This document shows, one piece after another, positions 49,704-58,493 of a stretch of DNA of 64,000 nucleotides. Location of the stretch: contig CAWJMT010000035.1 in the NCBI GenBank assembly GCA_963844035.1, positions 32,001-96,000 of the forward strand, in the 5' to 3' direction. Within the stretch, counting starts at the first letter, position 1, and every line of letters starts with the position of its first letter. Position numbers and translations under genes: made by a program. The notes under the pieces were generated by a model. The model did no database searches. It had not been told where the DNA came from and was given only the letters and a program-made list of their open reading frames with translations. The DNA is from an uncultured Gemmatimonadales bacterium (GTDB lineage Bacteria; Gemmatimonadota; Gemmatimonadetes; Gemmatimonadales; GWC2-71-9).

Positions 49704-52181
49704 ATGACTGAGTCCACCAATAAGGGGTCGCTCTCGCTTACCCCAAACGCTGTCACGATTCTCGAGAAGCGCTACCTGATCAAGGATGACAAAGGAAAGG
49801 CGGTGGAGCGGCCGGAAGACCTGTTCTGGCGCGTGGCCCGCACGATTGCCGCGCCCGACCAGACCTACGGTGCCTCCCCCCAGGCCCTGAAGGGCCTCGC
49901 CGAGACGTTCTTCGAGCTGATGGCCACCCGCGTCTGGATGCCCAATTCACCCACTCTGATGAATGCCGGTCGGCCGCTCGGGCAGCTCTCCGCGTGCTTC
50001 GTTCTGCCGGTCGACGACGCCCTGTCTAACGGCCAGAGCGGCATTTACGACACCCTGCGCTCCATGGCGCTGGTCCACCAGTCGGGAGGCGGGACGGGCT
50101 TCTCCTTCTCGCGGCTGCGCCCTCAGAATGACGTGGTGCGTTCCACTATGGGCGTCGCCTCCGGCCCGGTGTCGTTCATGAAGCTGTACGATGCCTCGAC
50201 CGACGTGGTGAAGCAGGGCGGCACCCGCCGCGGCGCCAACATGGGCATCCTGCGGGTGGACCACCCCGACATCCTGGAGTTCATCACCTGCAAGGACGAT
50301 TTGACCCAGGTGACGAACTTCAACATCTCGGTCGCGGTCACCGACGCGTTCATGGCCGCCGTGGAGCAGGGGACGAGCTACGACCTGATCCATCCCCGTA
50401 CCGGCCAGCCGGTGGGGCAGCTCGAGGCGCGCGACGTGTTTCAGAAGATCGTGCACGGCGCCTGGAAGACCGGCGAGCCGGGGGTGTTCTTCATCGACCG
50501 CGCCAACGCCTACAATCCCGTCCCGCATCTCGGCAGCTACGAGGCGACCAACCCCTGTGGCGAGCAGCCGCTGCTGCCCTACGACGTGTGCAACCTGGGC
50601 TCGATCGACGTCGGACGGTGCGTCAAGGACGGCGCGGTGGACTGGGAGCGCCTGGCGACCGTCACGCACCTGTGCACGCACTTTCTCGACAACGTCATCG
50701 ACGCCAACCGGTACCCGCTGCCTGAGATCGACAAGCTCGCCAAGCACATCCGCCGGATCGGGCTCGGCATCATGGGTTGGGCCGACCTGCTGGTGCGGCT
50801 CGGCATTCCGTACAACTCGGACGAAGGGGTGGATCTCGGCCGCAAGCTGATGCAGTTCGTGGACGAGGAGTCGAAGAAGGCATCGGAGAAGCTCGCGGAG
50901 CAGCGCGGCGTGTTCGGCGAGTGGGAGCGGTCGATCTGGGGACCCGATGCCACCTGCGCCCGCGACGCCAAGGGCGAGCGCATCCGGCCGATGCGCCGGC
51001 TGCGGAACTGCAACCTGACGACGGTCGCGCCCACCGGCACGATTTCGATCATCGCGGGCTGCTCGTCGGGGATCGAGCCCCTGTTCGCCGTGGCGTTCAT
51101 GCGGAACCAGGCGGGCGTCCAGATGCCGGACGTGAACGAGGACTTCGTCGCCATCGCGCGGCGCGAGGGGTGGTACTCCGACGAGCTGGTGCAGCGGATC
51201 GCCGAGACGGGCCATATCCATTTCCCCGAGGTGCCGGAGAAGTGGCAGCGGGTCTTCGTGACTGCGCACGACGTGACCCCCGAGTGGCACATCCGGATGC
51301 AGGCGGCGTTCCAGGAGTACACCGATTCGGCGATCTCCAAGACCTGCAACTTCCCCCGGGAGGCGACGGAAGCGGACGTGGAGCAGATCTACCGCTTTGC
51401 CTTCAAGCAGCGCTGCAAAGGCGTGACGGTGTACCGCGACGCGTCGCGTGAGAACCAGGTGCTGTCCACCGGCGCCACCACCAAGAAGGCCAGTGAGGCG
51501 GTGCCCGATCAGGCACAGCGCCAGCTCGCCGAGGCGCTGGGACGGATCGCCGAGCTCGACGCCGAGCTGGCGCGCACACGCGCGGCCTTGCACGGCGTTG
51601 AGGCGGAGAATCAGCAGCGCCGGGCCAAACGCTCGCGCCCCGACCTCCTGAAGGGCTCCACGCGGCGGGTCGAGACCCCCCTCGGCACGATGTATGTGAC
51701 CATCACCGAGGACGAGAGGGGCCAGCCGTTCGAGATGTTCATCACGCTCGGGAAGGCAGGGCACGCGTTGATGGCCGACGTCGAGGCGATCGGCCGGCTC
51801 ATCTCGCTGGCGCTGCGCTCCGGGATCTCCTTGAAGGAGCTCTACCGCCAGCTCCGCGGCATCTCGAGCGACAAGACGATCGGGCTCGGCCTGCAGAAAG
51901 TCTCCTCGGTGCCCGACGCGATCGGCATCGCGATCGAAAAGTGGATGCAGGAGCGACAGGGGATCCAGCAGGATCTCCTCGGCGACCCCGGAGCCCAGCA
52001 GCCGACGGCGCTGCGCGAGGTGGTGACGGGGGTGTCGGGAGCGGGGGAGGGGGAGCTCTCGGTCCACGGTCATGACATGAACCAGGAGTTCCTCGGCGCC
52101 TGCCCGGATTGTGGATCGCAGCTCGCCTTCGTCGAGGGCTGCGCCAAGTGCCACGTGTGCGGCTACTCGGAGTGCGGTTGA
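49704..52181 (+). CDS. nrdJ: Class II (B12-dependent) ribonucleotide reductase with TSCPD C-terminal region
   Basis: PNSPTLMNAG, SACFVL, TNPCGEQPL, APTGTIS, SVPDAIG, CPDC..EGCAKCHVCGYSEC. Confidence 0.95.
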   Translation: MTESTNKGSLSLTPNAVTILEKRYLIKDDKGKAVERPEDLFWRVARTIAAPDQTYGASPQALKGLAETFFELMATRVWMPNSPTLMNAGRPLGQLSACFVLPVDDALSNGQSGIYDTLRSMALVHQSGGGTGFSFSRLRPQNDVVRSTMGVASGPVSFMKLYDASTDVVKQGGTRRGANMGILRVDHPDILEFITCKDDLTQVTNFNISVAVTDAFMAAVEQGTSYDLIHPRTGQPVGQLEARDVFQKIVHGAWKTGEPGVFFIDRANAYNPVPHLGSYEATNPCGEQPLLPYDVCNLGSIDVGRCVKDGAVDWERLATVTHLCTHFLDNVIDANRYPLPEIDKLAKHIRRIGLGIMGWADLLVRLGIPYNSDEGVDLGRKLMQFVDEESKKASEKLAEQRGVFGEWERSIWGPDATCARDAKGERIRPMRRLRNCNLTTVAPTGTISIIAGCSSGIEPLFAVAFMRNQAGVQMPDVNEDFVAIARREGWYSDELVQRIAETGHIHFPEVPEKWQRVFVTAHDVTPEWHIRMQAAFQEYTDSAISKTCNFPREATEADVEQIYRFAFKQRCKGVTVYRDASRENQVLSTGATTKKASEAVPDQAQRQLAEALGRIAELDAELARTRAALHGVEAENQQRRAKRSRPDLLKGSTRRVETPLGTMYVTITEDERGQPFEMFITLGKAGHALMADVEAIGRLISLALRSGISLKELYRQLRGISSDKTIGLGLQKVSSVPDAIGIAIEKWMQERQGIQQDLLGDPGAQQPTALREVVTGVSGAGEGELSVHGHDMNQEFLGACPDCGSQLAFVEGCAKCHVCGYSECG

Positions 52182-52294
52182 GCGGCACACCGGACACCGG
52201 CGCTCGCCCGGAAATGACGGATCAGGATCGCCCCCACACCCTGGGTGTGACCTCGGTCACGACGTCTTCAGTTGCCCCCGATTATTTTGAAGAC

Positions 52295-52684
52295 GTGACG
52301 AATCCTTCACGTGCTATCGCCCCTACAAAACTTCAGGCTCGCGGCTGGGCCCGCGTCGGCAAACGCGGGGCCCACCTGCTGCGCCGCGGCGCCTGGTACC
52401 CCGTCGTGCGGGTGTCCTCGAGCCAGATCGTGGTGCTCGACGTCAACCGGCGCAACGTGCCCGTTGACCGCCGCTTCCTCGAGATCCGCTATCATCCACC
52501 CGAGCGGTGGAGCCTGGTGCGGTGTGAGCCGCGGGAGCTGCAGCGCCTCGGGCGCAGCTTCCCGCTGACCTACGCGGTGTGTCCCAGCTGCCGCCACCGG
52601 CAGGCGTTCAATGGCGATGTGCGGGATCTCACCTGCGATCGGTGCCACCACCCGGCGCCGATGGCCTGGGATGAGTTGAGCTAG
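52295..52684 (+). CDS. Hypothetical SH3-like/zinc-ribbon protein, paralogue A (start uncertain)
   Basis: GWAR, LRRGAWYPVV, RWSLV, TYAVCPSC, CDRC. Confidence 0.75.
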   Translation: MTNPSRAIAPTKLQARGWARVGKRGAHLLRRGAWYPVVRVSSSQIVVLDVNRRNVPVDRRFLEIRYHPPERWSLVRCEPRELQRLGRSFPLTYAVCPSCRHRQAFNGDVRDLTCDRCHHPAPMAWDELS

Positions 52685-52685
52685 A

Positions 52686-52786
52686 AGCGGGGAAGAGGGA
52701 AGGGGGAAGGGGGGAAGAGTGGCGACGCCGCTCTTCCCCCTTTCGCTTTACCCTTCCCTCTTCCCCCCTCTCCGTCCCTCGTCCCC
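52686..52786. repeat. Inverted GGGGAAG-type heptamer tracts (purine arm / pyrimidine arm)
   Basis: ggggaagagggaagggggaaggggggaagag ... ctcttccccc...cccttccctcttcccccctctccgtccctcgtcccc. Confidence 0.7.
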
Positions 52787-52823
52787 ATCGCTGGCAAAAG
52801 TGCTATGATGTGTCCTCGCATCC

Positions 52824-53186
52824 ATGACAAAGCTGGGCTGGGCCAGGTGCACTGATAACGTGGCGGATGTGCTGCGCCGCGGCGCGTGGTACCCCATCGT
52901 GGAGGAATCCACGGACGGGCATCTCGTGGTCGAAGTGCGCGGTCGCGGGGTGCGGCTTGCGCGCGGCGACCTGACGGTGCGCCAGAACGCCCCCGATCGG
53001 TGGAGCGTCGTGGTCCGGACGGGCATACAGCGTGCCGCCCTGGACGGGCGGGGCAGGGAACTGCCAAGCACGTACGCGGTGTGCCCGCACTGCCAGGAGC
53101 GCCGGGACTTTGCCGGCGCCCCCCCGAGCCTCGCCTGCGCCCGGTGCGGCGCGACCTCCCCGGTGAACTGGTCGGAGACCTGCTAA
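52824..53186 (+). CDS. Hypothetical SH3-like/zinc-ribbon protein, paralogue B
   Basis: GWAR, LRRGAWYPIV, RWSVV, TYAVCPHC, CARC. Confidence 0.8.
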   Translation: MTKLGWARCTDNVADVLRRGAWYPIVEESTDGHLVVEVRGRGVRLARGDLTVRQNAPDRWSVVVRTGIQRAALDGRGRELPSTYAVCPHCQERRDFAGAPPSLACARCGATSPVNWSETC

Positions 53187-53189
53187 CGG

Positions 53190-53317
53190 CAGGTGTCAGG
53201 TGTCAGGTGTCAGGTGTCAGCAAGACACTTGCGCCGCTCGGATGTGATTAGTATATTAATCATCAACATGTTAACTTCTCTCCCCCTGACACCCGACACC
53301 CGACACCTGACACCTGA
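53190..53317. repeat. (CAGGTGT)x4 and inverted (CCYGACA)x4.7 flanking an AT-rich promoter
   Basis: Arms 53190-53220 and 53285-53317. Confidence 0.85.
53229..53262 (+). promoter_or_regulatory. marR promoter with palindromic operator
   Basis: TTGCGC-17bp-TATATT overlapped by TGATTAgTATAtTAATCA. Confidence 0.65.
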
Positions 53318-53778
53318 TGTCTGACCGCTCCGAGCTTGCCCTGCAGCTCGCCGCGGCCGTGGCCGACGTCGATGCGGCCATCCAGCGGTCGGGGGACCGT
53401 GCCTACCGGACGTTTCACCTGTCCCACCGGGCCCACGCGGTGCTGTGCGCGGTGGACCAGGGGGGTGCCGACGGCGCCCGGCCCAAGGATGTCGCCGAGC
53501 AGCTCGGCGTGTCGCGCGCTGCCGCCACGACGTTCATTCAGCGCCTCGAGGCGAAGGGCTGGGTCGAAACCACGCCCGATCCGGACGACGATCGTGGTGT
53601 CCGGGTCTCCCTCACCCGGCGCGGCATGGAGGCCGTGTTGCGGGTGGGCCACCTTGAGCGACGCCTTGCCGCCCGCGCGATCGAGGGGCTGCCCGCATCC
53701 GCCATTCTGCGGACGGTGCATTTGCTGCAGCAGTTCAAGCGCCAGCTGGACGAGAAACACATCGCCGTCGTGCCCTAG
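53317..53778 (+). CDS. MarR family transcriptional regulator
   Basis: DVAEQLGVSRAAATTFIQRLEAKGWV, DPDDDRGVRVSLTRRG. Confidence 0.92.
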   Translation: MSDRSELALQLAAAVADVDAAIQRSGDRAYRTFHLSHRAHAVLCAVDQGGADGARPKDVAEQLGVSRAAATTFIQRLEAKGWVETTPDPDDDRGVRVSLTRRGMEAVLRVGHLERRLAARAIEGLPASAILRTVHLLQQFKRQLDEKHIAVVP

Positions 53779-54073
53779 GCACAAGTGCGAATGTGCGTAT
53801 GTTTATGTTTCGAAACGACGGGTTTTTGGGCGCGAACCGTCGGAGATAGTACTTGAAGTCTCCGCTCTATCAAACCGCCCGGCAGTCAGTTAAGTCGATG
53901 AGCCGAAGCGCCGCCACGTCCCCAACGAGGGTGCTGGGCGCGCTCACGGGTTCCATGGTTTTCCACATCTCAGCCCCTATTCGGGCATGTGGATTTTCTA
54001 TCGCCAGCAGCGTCAGGTCACGGCGCCCGCCGTGCCGTCGCGCTGCTGACGGCGTGCCTGAAGGAGAGCTGAA

Positions 54074-55471
54074 TTGATTCGCCGAACCAAGATCGTTGCC
54101 ACGATTGGCCCCGCCACGGGGACGGACGAGGCGATCGCCGGGCTGCTCGAGGCCGGTGCCAACGTCGTCCGCATCAACGCCTCGCACGGCTCGCCGGAGG
54201 AGCGCGCTCAATGGATCGAGGCGGTGCGGGCGGCTGCCGACCGCACGGGGCAGCCGGTGGCGGTCCTGGTCGATCTGCAGGGTCCACGGATCCGCGTGGG
54301 CGATCTCGACGCCCCTCGCGAGCTGGAGCCGGGTCAGACGGTCACGTTCGCCCCTGAGGGGCTGGCCACGGCGCAGGAGATTCCGACCACCTACGTCGAT
54401 CTCGCGAAGGACGCGCGCGTCGGCGCCCGCATCCTGCTCGACGACGGGCTGCTGTCGGTGGAAGTGGTGCGCATCGTGCCGCCGCGCGTCGAGGGCCGCG
54501 TCGCGGACGGCGGCACGCTCAAATCGCACAAGGGGATGAACCTGCCGGGGCTGAACGTGAGCGCACCCGCACTCACCGACAAGGACCGCGAGGACGTGGT
54601 GCACGCCGTCGAGCACGGCGTGGACTACCTCGCGCTGTCGTTCGTGCGGCGGGCGGAGGATCTCGCCGAGCTGCGACGCCTCGTGCCTCCCACGGTCAAA
54701 CTGGTCGCGAAGATCGAGAAGGCGGCGGCGCTCCAGGACCTGCCCCGGATCCTGGCGGCGTGCGATGCCGTCATGGTCGCCCGCGGCGACTTGGGGGTCG
54801 AGCTGCCGTTCGAGCGGGTGCCGGTCGTGCAGAAGCGTCTCATCCAGGAAGCCAACCAGCGGGGCAAGCCGGTGATCACGGCGACCCAGATGCTCGAGTC
54901 GATGGTGCATCACCCGCGCCCGACGCGCGCCGAGGCCTCGGACGTCGCCAACGCGATCCTGGACGGCACCGACGCCGTGATGCTGTCGGCGGAAACGGCG
55001 GTGGGGGAGTACCCGCTCGAGGCGGTGCGCGCGATGGACCGGATCATCCGCGAGATGGAGCGCGAAGGGCCGACGCGCGACGAGCGTCGCCGGGGGACGA
55101 CGGGCGAAAACGTGTCCGCGGAGGACGCGATCGCCCTGGGGACGAGCGCGGTCGCCCGCATGCTCAAGACGCCGCTGATCGTCACGCTCACCAAGGGCGG
55201 GTTCACGGCGCGCAAGGTCGCGGCCCTGCGGCCGCCGGTGCCGATCCTCGCGCCCACGACCGAGGCGTCCACGTTCCGGCAGCTCGCCCTGGTGTGGGGT
55301 GTGACGCCGGTGCGCGTGAGTCAGGTCCCCGGCTACGATGCGATGCTGACCGTGGTGCGGGACCTGATCCTCAAGCGGGGCCTGGCCAAGACGGGGGACC
55401 GCATCGTGATGACCGCGGGACCGTGGGAGGTATCGGGGGCGACGAACCTCCTGAAGGTCGAAGAGGTGTGA
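54074..55471 (+). CDS. pyk: Pyruvate kinase
   Basis: RRTKIVATIGP, DLQGP, AKIE, MVARGDLG, ATQMLESM, PTRAE, MLSAETA. Confidence 0.97.
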   Translation: MIRRTKIVATIGPATGTDEAIAGLLEAGANVVRINASHGSPEERAQWIEAVRAAADRTGQPVAVLVDLQGPRIRVGDLDAPRELEPGQTVTFAPEGLATAQEIPTTYVDLAKDARVGARILLDDGLLSVEVVRIVPPRVEGRVADGGTLKSHKGMNLPGLNVSAPALTDKDREDVVHAVEHGVDYLALSFVRRAEDLAELRRLVPPTVKLVAKIEKAAALQDLPRILAACDAVMVARGDLGVELPFERVPVVQKRLIQEANQRGKPVITATQMLESMVHHPRPTRAEASDVANAILDGTDAVMLSAETAVGEYPLEAVRAMDRIIREMEREGPTRDERRRGTTGENVSAEDAIALGTSAVARMLKTPLIVTLTKGGFTARKVAALRPPVPILAPTTEASTFRQLALVWGVTPVRVSQVPGYDAMLTVVRDLILKRGLAKTGDRIVMTAGPWEVSGATNLLKVEEV

Positions 55472-55472
55472 C

Positions 55473-56255
55473 GTGCGGCTGACGTTTCTCGGCACTGGAA
55501 CGTCGTTCGGGATTCCGCAGGTGGGATGCAGGTGCCGCACGTGCACGTCGACCGATCCGCGCGACAAGCGCACGCGGGCGGCCGCGCTCTTCGAGGAGAA
55601 CGGTCGCCGCCTCCTGATCGACACGCCGCCCGAGCTGCGCCTGCAGCTGGTGGCCGCCGGGGTAGACGGGGTGGATGCCGTACTCTTCACGCACGCGCAC
55701 GCCGACCACGTGCACGGGATCGACGACCTGCGGGCGATCTCCGTCAAGCAGCCCGGGGGCGTGCCCGTGTATGGTCCGGCGGAAACGATGACCGAGTTGG
55801 CGCGGCGCTTCGAATACATCTTCGATCCGGCGGTGCGGGCGGAGGCGGGGACCACGAAACCCGAGCTGCGCGCGCACGCCCTCGAGCCCGAACGGGAAAC
55901 CGAGATCGCGGGCATGCGCGTGCTCCCGCTGCGGCTGCCGCACGGTCCCCACACGGTGTTCGGCTACCGCGTGGGACGCGCCGCCTACCTCACCGATGCG
56001 AAGACGATTCCCGACGCTGCGCGGGCGCACCTCCGGGGGCTCGACGTTCTGGTCCTGAACGCGTTGCTGTCACGGCCGCACCCGCTGCATCTGTCCATTC
56101 CCGAGGCGATCACGGCGGCGCAGGAGATCGGCGCGACCCGCACGTTCCTCACGCACCTGACCCACGAAACACCGCACGCCGACCTCATGGCACGCCTGCC
56201 GGCGGGGGTCGCCCCCGCGTGTGACGGCCTGGCCATCGAAATAGGCGCCGCCTAG
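55473..56255 (+). CDS. MBL-fold metallo-hydrolase (PhnP-like)
   Basis: LGTGTS, CRCRTC, THAHADHVHG, YLTD, LTHLTH. Confidence 0.92.
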   Translation: MRLTFLGTGTSFGIPQVGCRCRTCTSTDPRDKRTRAAALFEENGRRLLIDTPPELRLQLVAAGVDGVDAVLFTHAHADHVHGIDDLRAISVKQPGGVPVYGPAETMTELARRFEYIFDPAVRAEAGTTKPELRAHALEPERETEIAGMRVLPLRLPHGPHTVFGYRVGRAAYLTDAKTIPDAARAHLRGLDVLVLNALLSRPHPLHLSIPEAITAAQEIGATRTFLTHLTHETPHADLMARLPAGVAPACDGLAIEIGAA

Positions 56256-56282
56256 ATTCGTCCGCAAAACTGGGAGGATGCC

Positions 56283-56564
56283 ATGTCCGGAGCCGACGAG
56301 CACAAGGCGAGCGAGTGGGAGCCGGGTCTGGGGTCGTTCGTCCTCGGGGTGGCGGTCGGCGTGACGCTCGGCCTGCTGTTCGCGCGCGAAGACGGGGTGG
56401 CGTTCCGGGGGAAGGTGGCCCGCCGCCTGCGCGCGTTGCGGGCGCTGGCGGCGGAGCAGAGCCGGCGACCTCGGCGCCATGGTGATCGACGCGGGCCCGG
56501 CCGACGGAAGAGAAGTCCGGCGGGCGGCGCCGGCGGTCGTGATCCCGGAGGGCGGGTGGCATGA
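56283..56564 (+). CDS. YtxH-like protein (3' end uncertain)
   Basis: FVLGVAVGVTLGLLFAREDG..FRGKV; GGAGG RBS. Confidence 0.65.
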   Translation: MSGADEHKASEWEPGLGSFVLGVAVGVTLGLLFAREDGVAFRGKVARRLRALRALAAEQSRRPRRHGDRRGPGRRKRSPAGGAGGRDPGGRVA

Positions 56565-57432
56565 CTCGGTCACCGGGGTCGGGCGGCGCACCCTCGAGGC
56601 GGCCTACGAGGACAATCTTCCGTTTCTCGCGGGTGCTCTCGCGTTCGACCTGCTGCTGACGAGCATTCCCTTCATCGTCGTGCTGCTCGCCGTCGCCGGC
56701 TATCTCGTTCACCACCAGATCACGACGCACCAGGTCAGCCTGCACGAGCTCCTCATCCGGTTCATTCCTACGAGCTCGGACGGCAGCGAATCGGGGGCGT
56801 TCGAAGCCGTGGAGCGGGTGCTCGCGTCCATGCTGGAACGCCGCGGCCGCCTCACGCTGTTCGGCTTGCCGTTGTTTCTGTGGTTCTCGACCCGGCTGTT
56901 CGGCGGCCTGCGCGCCGCGCTGAACGAAGTGTTCGACACCGACGAACGGCGGCCCTGGCCCGTCGCCAAGGCTGCTCGACCTGTTCCTCGTGTGTGTGGC
57001 GGGTGTGTTCCTGATCGCGAACGGAGTTCTTTCGGCGTACCAGGCGCGTAACGCCGAGATGATCAGCCACAATTTCTACGTGAGCTGGGTGTGGCGGCTG
57101 AGCGTCGAGACTGACCGCGTTCGCCCTCGGCATCGGCATGTTCTTCGTCGTCTTCAAGCTGCTGCCCGAGCCGCCGCATCGGGTGGCGCACGGCGATGGT
57201 GGCCGCCGCATTCTGCTCGCTGGGATTCGAAGTGGCGAAATGGCTCTATGCGTTGACGGTTGCCAAAGTCGTCACGTTCGACCGCCTCGCCTCCGATGCC
57301 AACGCCGTCGCGGTGTTTCTGTTTCTCCTCTGGGTCTACTACACGGCGTTCTTGTTTCTGCTCGGCGGCGAAGTCGCCGAGACCTACGACCTGATGCGCA
57401 TGCGCCGCGCCCAGCGGGTGCGGTTGGGGTGA
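56561..57432 (+). CDS. YihY/BrkB family membrane protein (multiple indels)
   Basis: AGALAFDLLLTSIP, LRAALNEVF, FEVAK, LLWVYYTA..LLGGE. Confidence 0.85.
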
Positions 57433-58454
57433 CCGCGATCGATCTCCGCTCGGACACGGTCACCAGGCCGTCGCCCGAGATGCGCCGCGCCATGGCCGAC
57501 GCCGAGGTTGGGGACGACGTGCTGGATCGCGATCCCACGACGGCGCGCCTGGAAGGGCGGGTGGCCGAGCTGCTCGGCATGGACGACGCGCTGTTCTTTC
57601 CTTCCGGGACGCAGGCCAATCAGACCGCCATTGCCCTGCTGACCCGTCCCGGCACCGAGCTGCTGCTCGAGGCGAACGCGCACCTGGTGCACTACGAGTT
57701 CGCGGGGGTCGCTGCCAACTGGGGCGTGCAGATCCGTCCGATCGCCACCCCCGATGGCGTTGCTCACGGGCGACCTGGTGCGCGGGGCGTTGCGGCCGGC
57801 TTCCCCGCACGTGCCCCGTGCCGCCGCCATCGCGGCGGAGAACACCCACAACGCGGCGGAGGCAAAGTGATGGCGGTCGAGGTGATGGCGGGCATCGCGG
57901 CCGCCGCGCGGGACGCCGGTCTGCCGCTGCACCTGGATGGCGCGCGTCTGTGGAACGCCGCCGCGGCGCTCGGCGTGCCGGTCTCGCGCCTCACGACCGG
58001 GGCGAGGACGGTCATGGTGAGTTTCTCCAAGGGACTGGGGTGTCCGGTCGGCTCGTGCCTCGCGATCCCGGCGGGTGAACGGGCCCGGGCTTGGGAAATC
58101 CGCAAGCGCTTGGGCGGCGGCATGCGTCAGTCGGGGATCCTCGCCGCGGCGGCCCTCTGGGCACTGGACCATAACGTCGCCCGGCTTGCGGACGACCACG
58201 CCAACGCCCGGCTGCTCGCCGAGCGCCTGGCGCGGTGTCCGGCGGTGCGCGCCGAACCGCCGCAGTCGAACGTGGTCATGGTCGATCTGGTGCGCGACGG
58301 TGAGACGGCAGAGGCGGCGGTTGGGAAGCTTGCCCGGGCCGGCGTGCTGGTGGTGCCGTTCGGTCCCAGGCGCCTGCGGGCCGTGACGCACCTGGACGTC
58401 ACGCGCCAGGATGTCGAACGGGCGAGCGACGTGATCGCGCGAACGCTCGCCTAA
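57429..58454 (+). CDS. ltaE: Low-specificity L-threonine aldolase (compensating indels)
   Basis: IDLRSDTVT, PSGTQAN, ENTHN, HLDGARLWN, SKGLG, GGGMRQSG. Confidence 0.95.
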   Translation: MTAIDLRSDTVTRPSPEMRRAMADAEVGDDVLDRDPTTARLEGRVAELLGMDDALFFPSGTQANQTAIALLTRPGTELLLEANAHLVHYEFAGVAANWGVQIRPIATPDGVAHGRPGARGVAAGFPARAPCRRHRGGEHPQRGGGKVMAVEVMAGIAAAARDAGLPLHLDGARLWNAAAALGVPVSRLTTGARTVMVSFSKGLGCPVGSCLAIPAGERARAWEIRKRLGGGMRQSGILAAAALWALDHNVARLADDHANARLLAERLARCPAVRAEPPQSNVVMVDLVRDGETAEAAVGKLARAGVLVVPFGPRRLRAVTHLDVTRQDVERASDVIARTLA

Positions 58455-58493
58455 CCAACTACCCGCCCGCGGTCCGGGCGTTATCTTGGCCCC

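Noticed and set aside
49704..52181. Intein or intron in nrdJ
   Set aside because: Continuous 825-aa ORF with normally spaced motifs and no intein termini
53840..53950. Glycine riboswitch before pyk (GGAGA...CCGAAG)
   Set aside because: Lacks CUCAGG and the expected pairing
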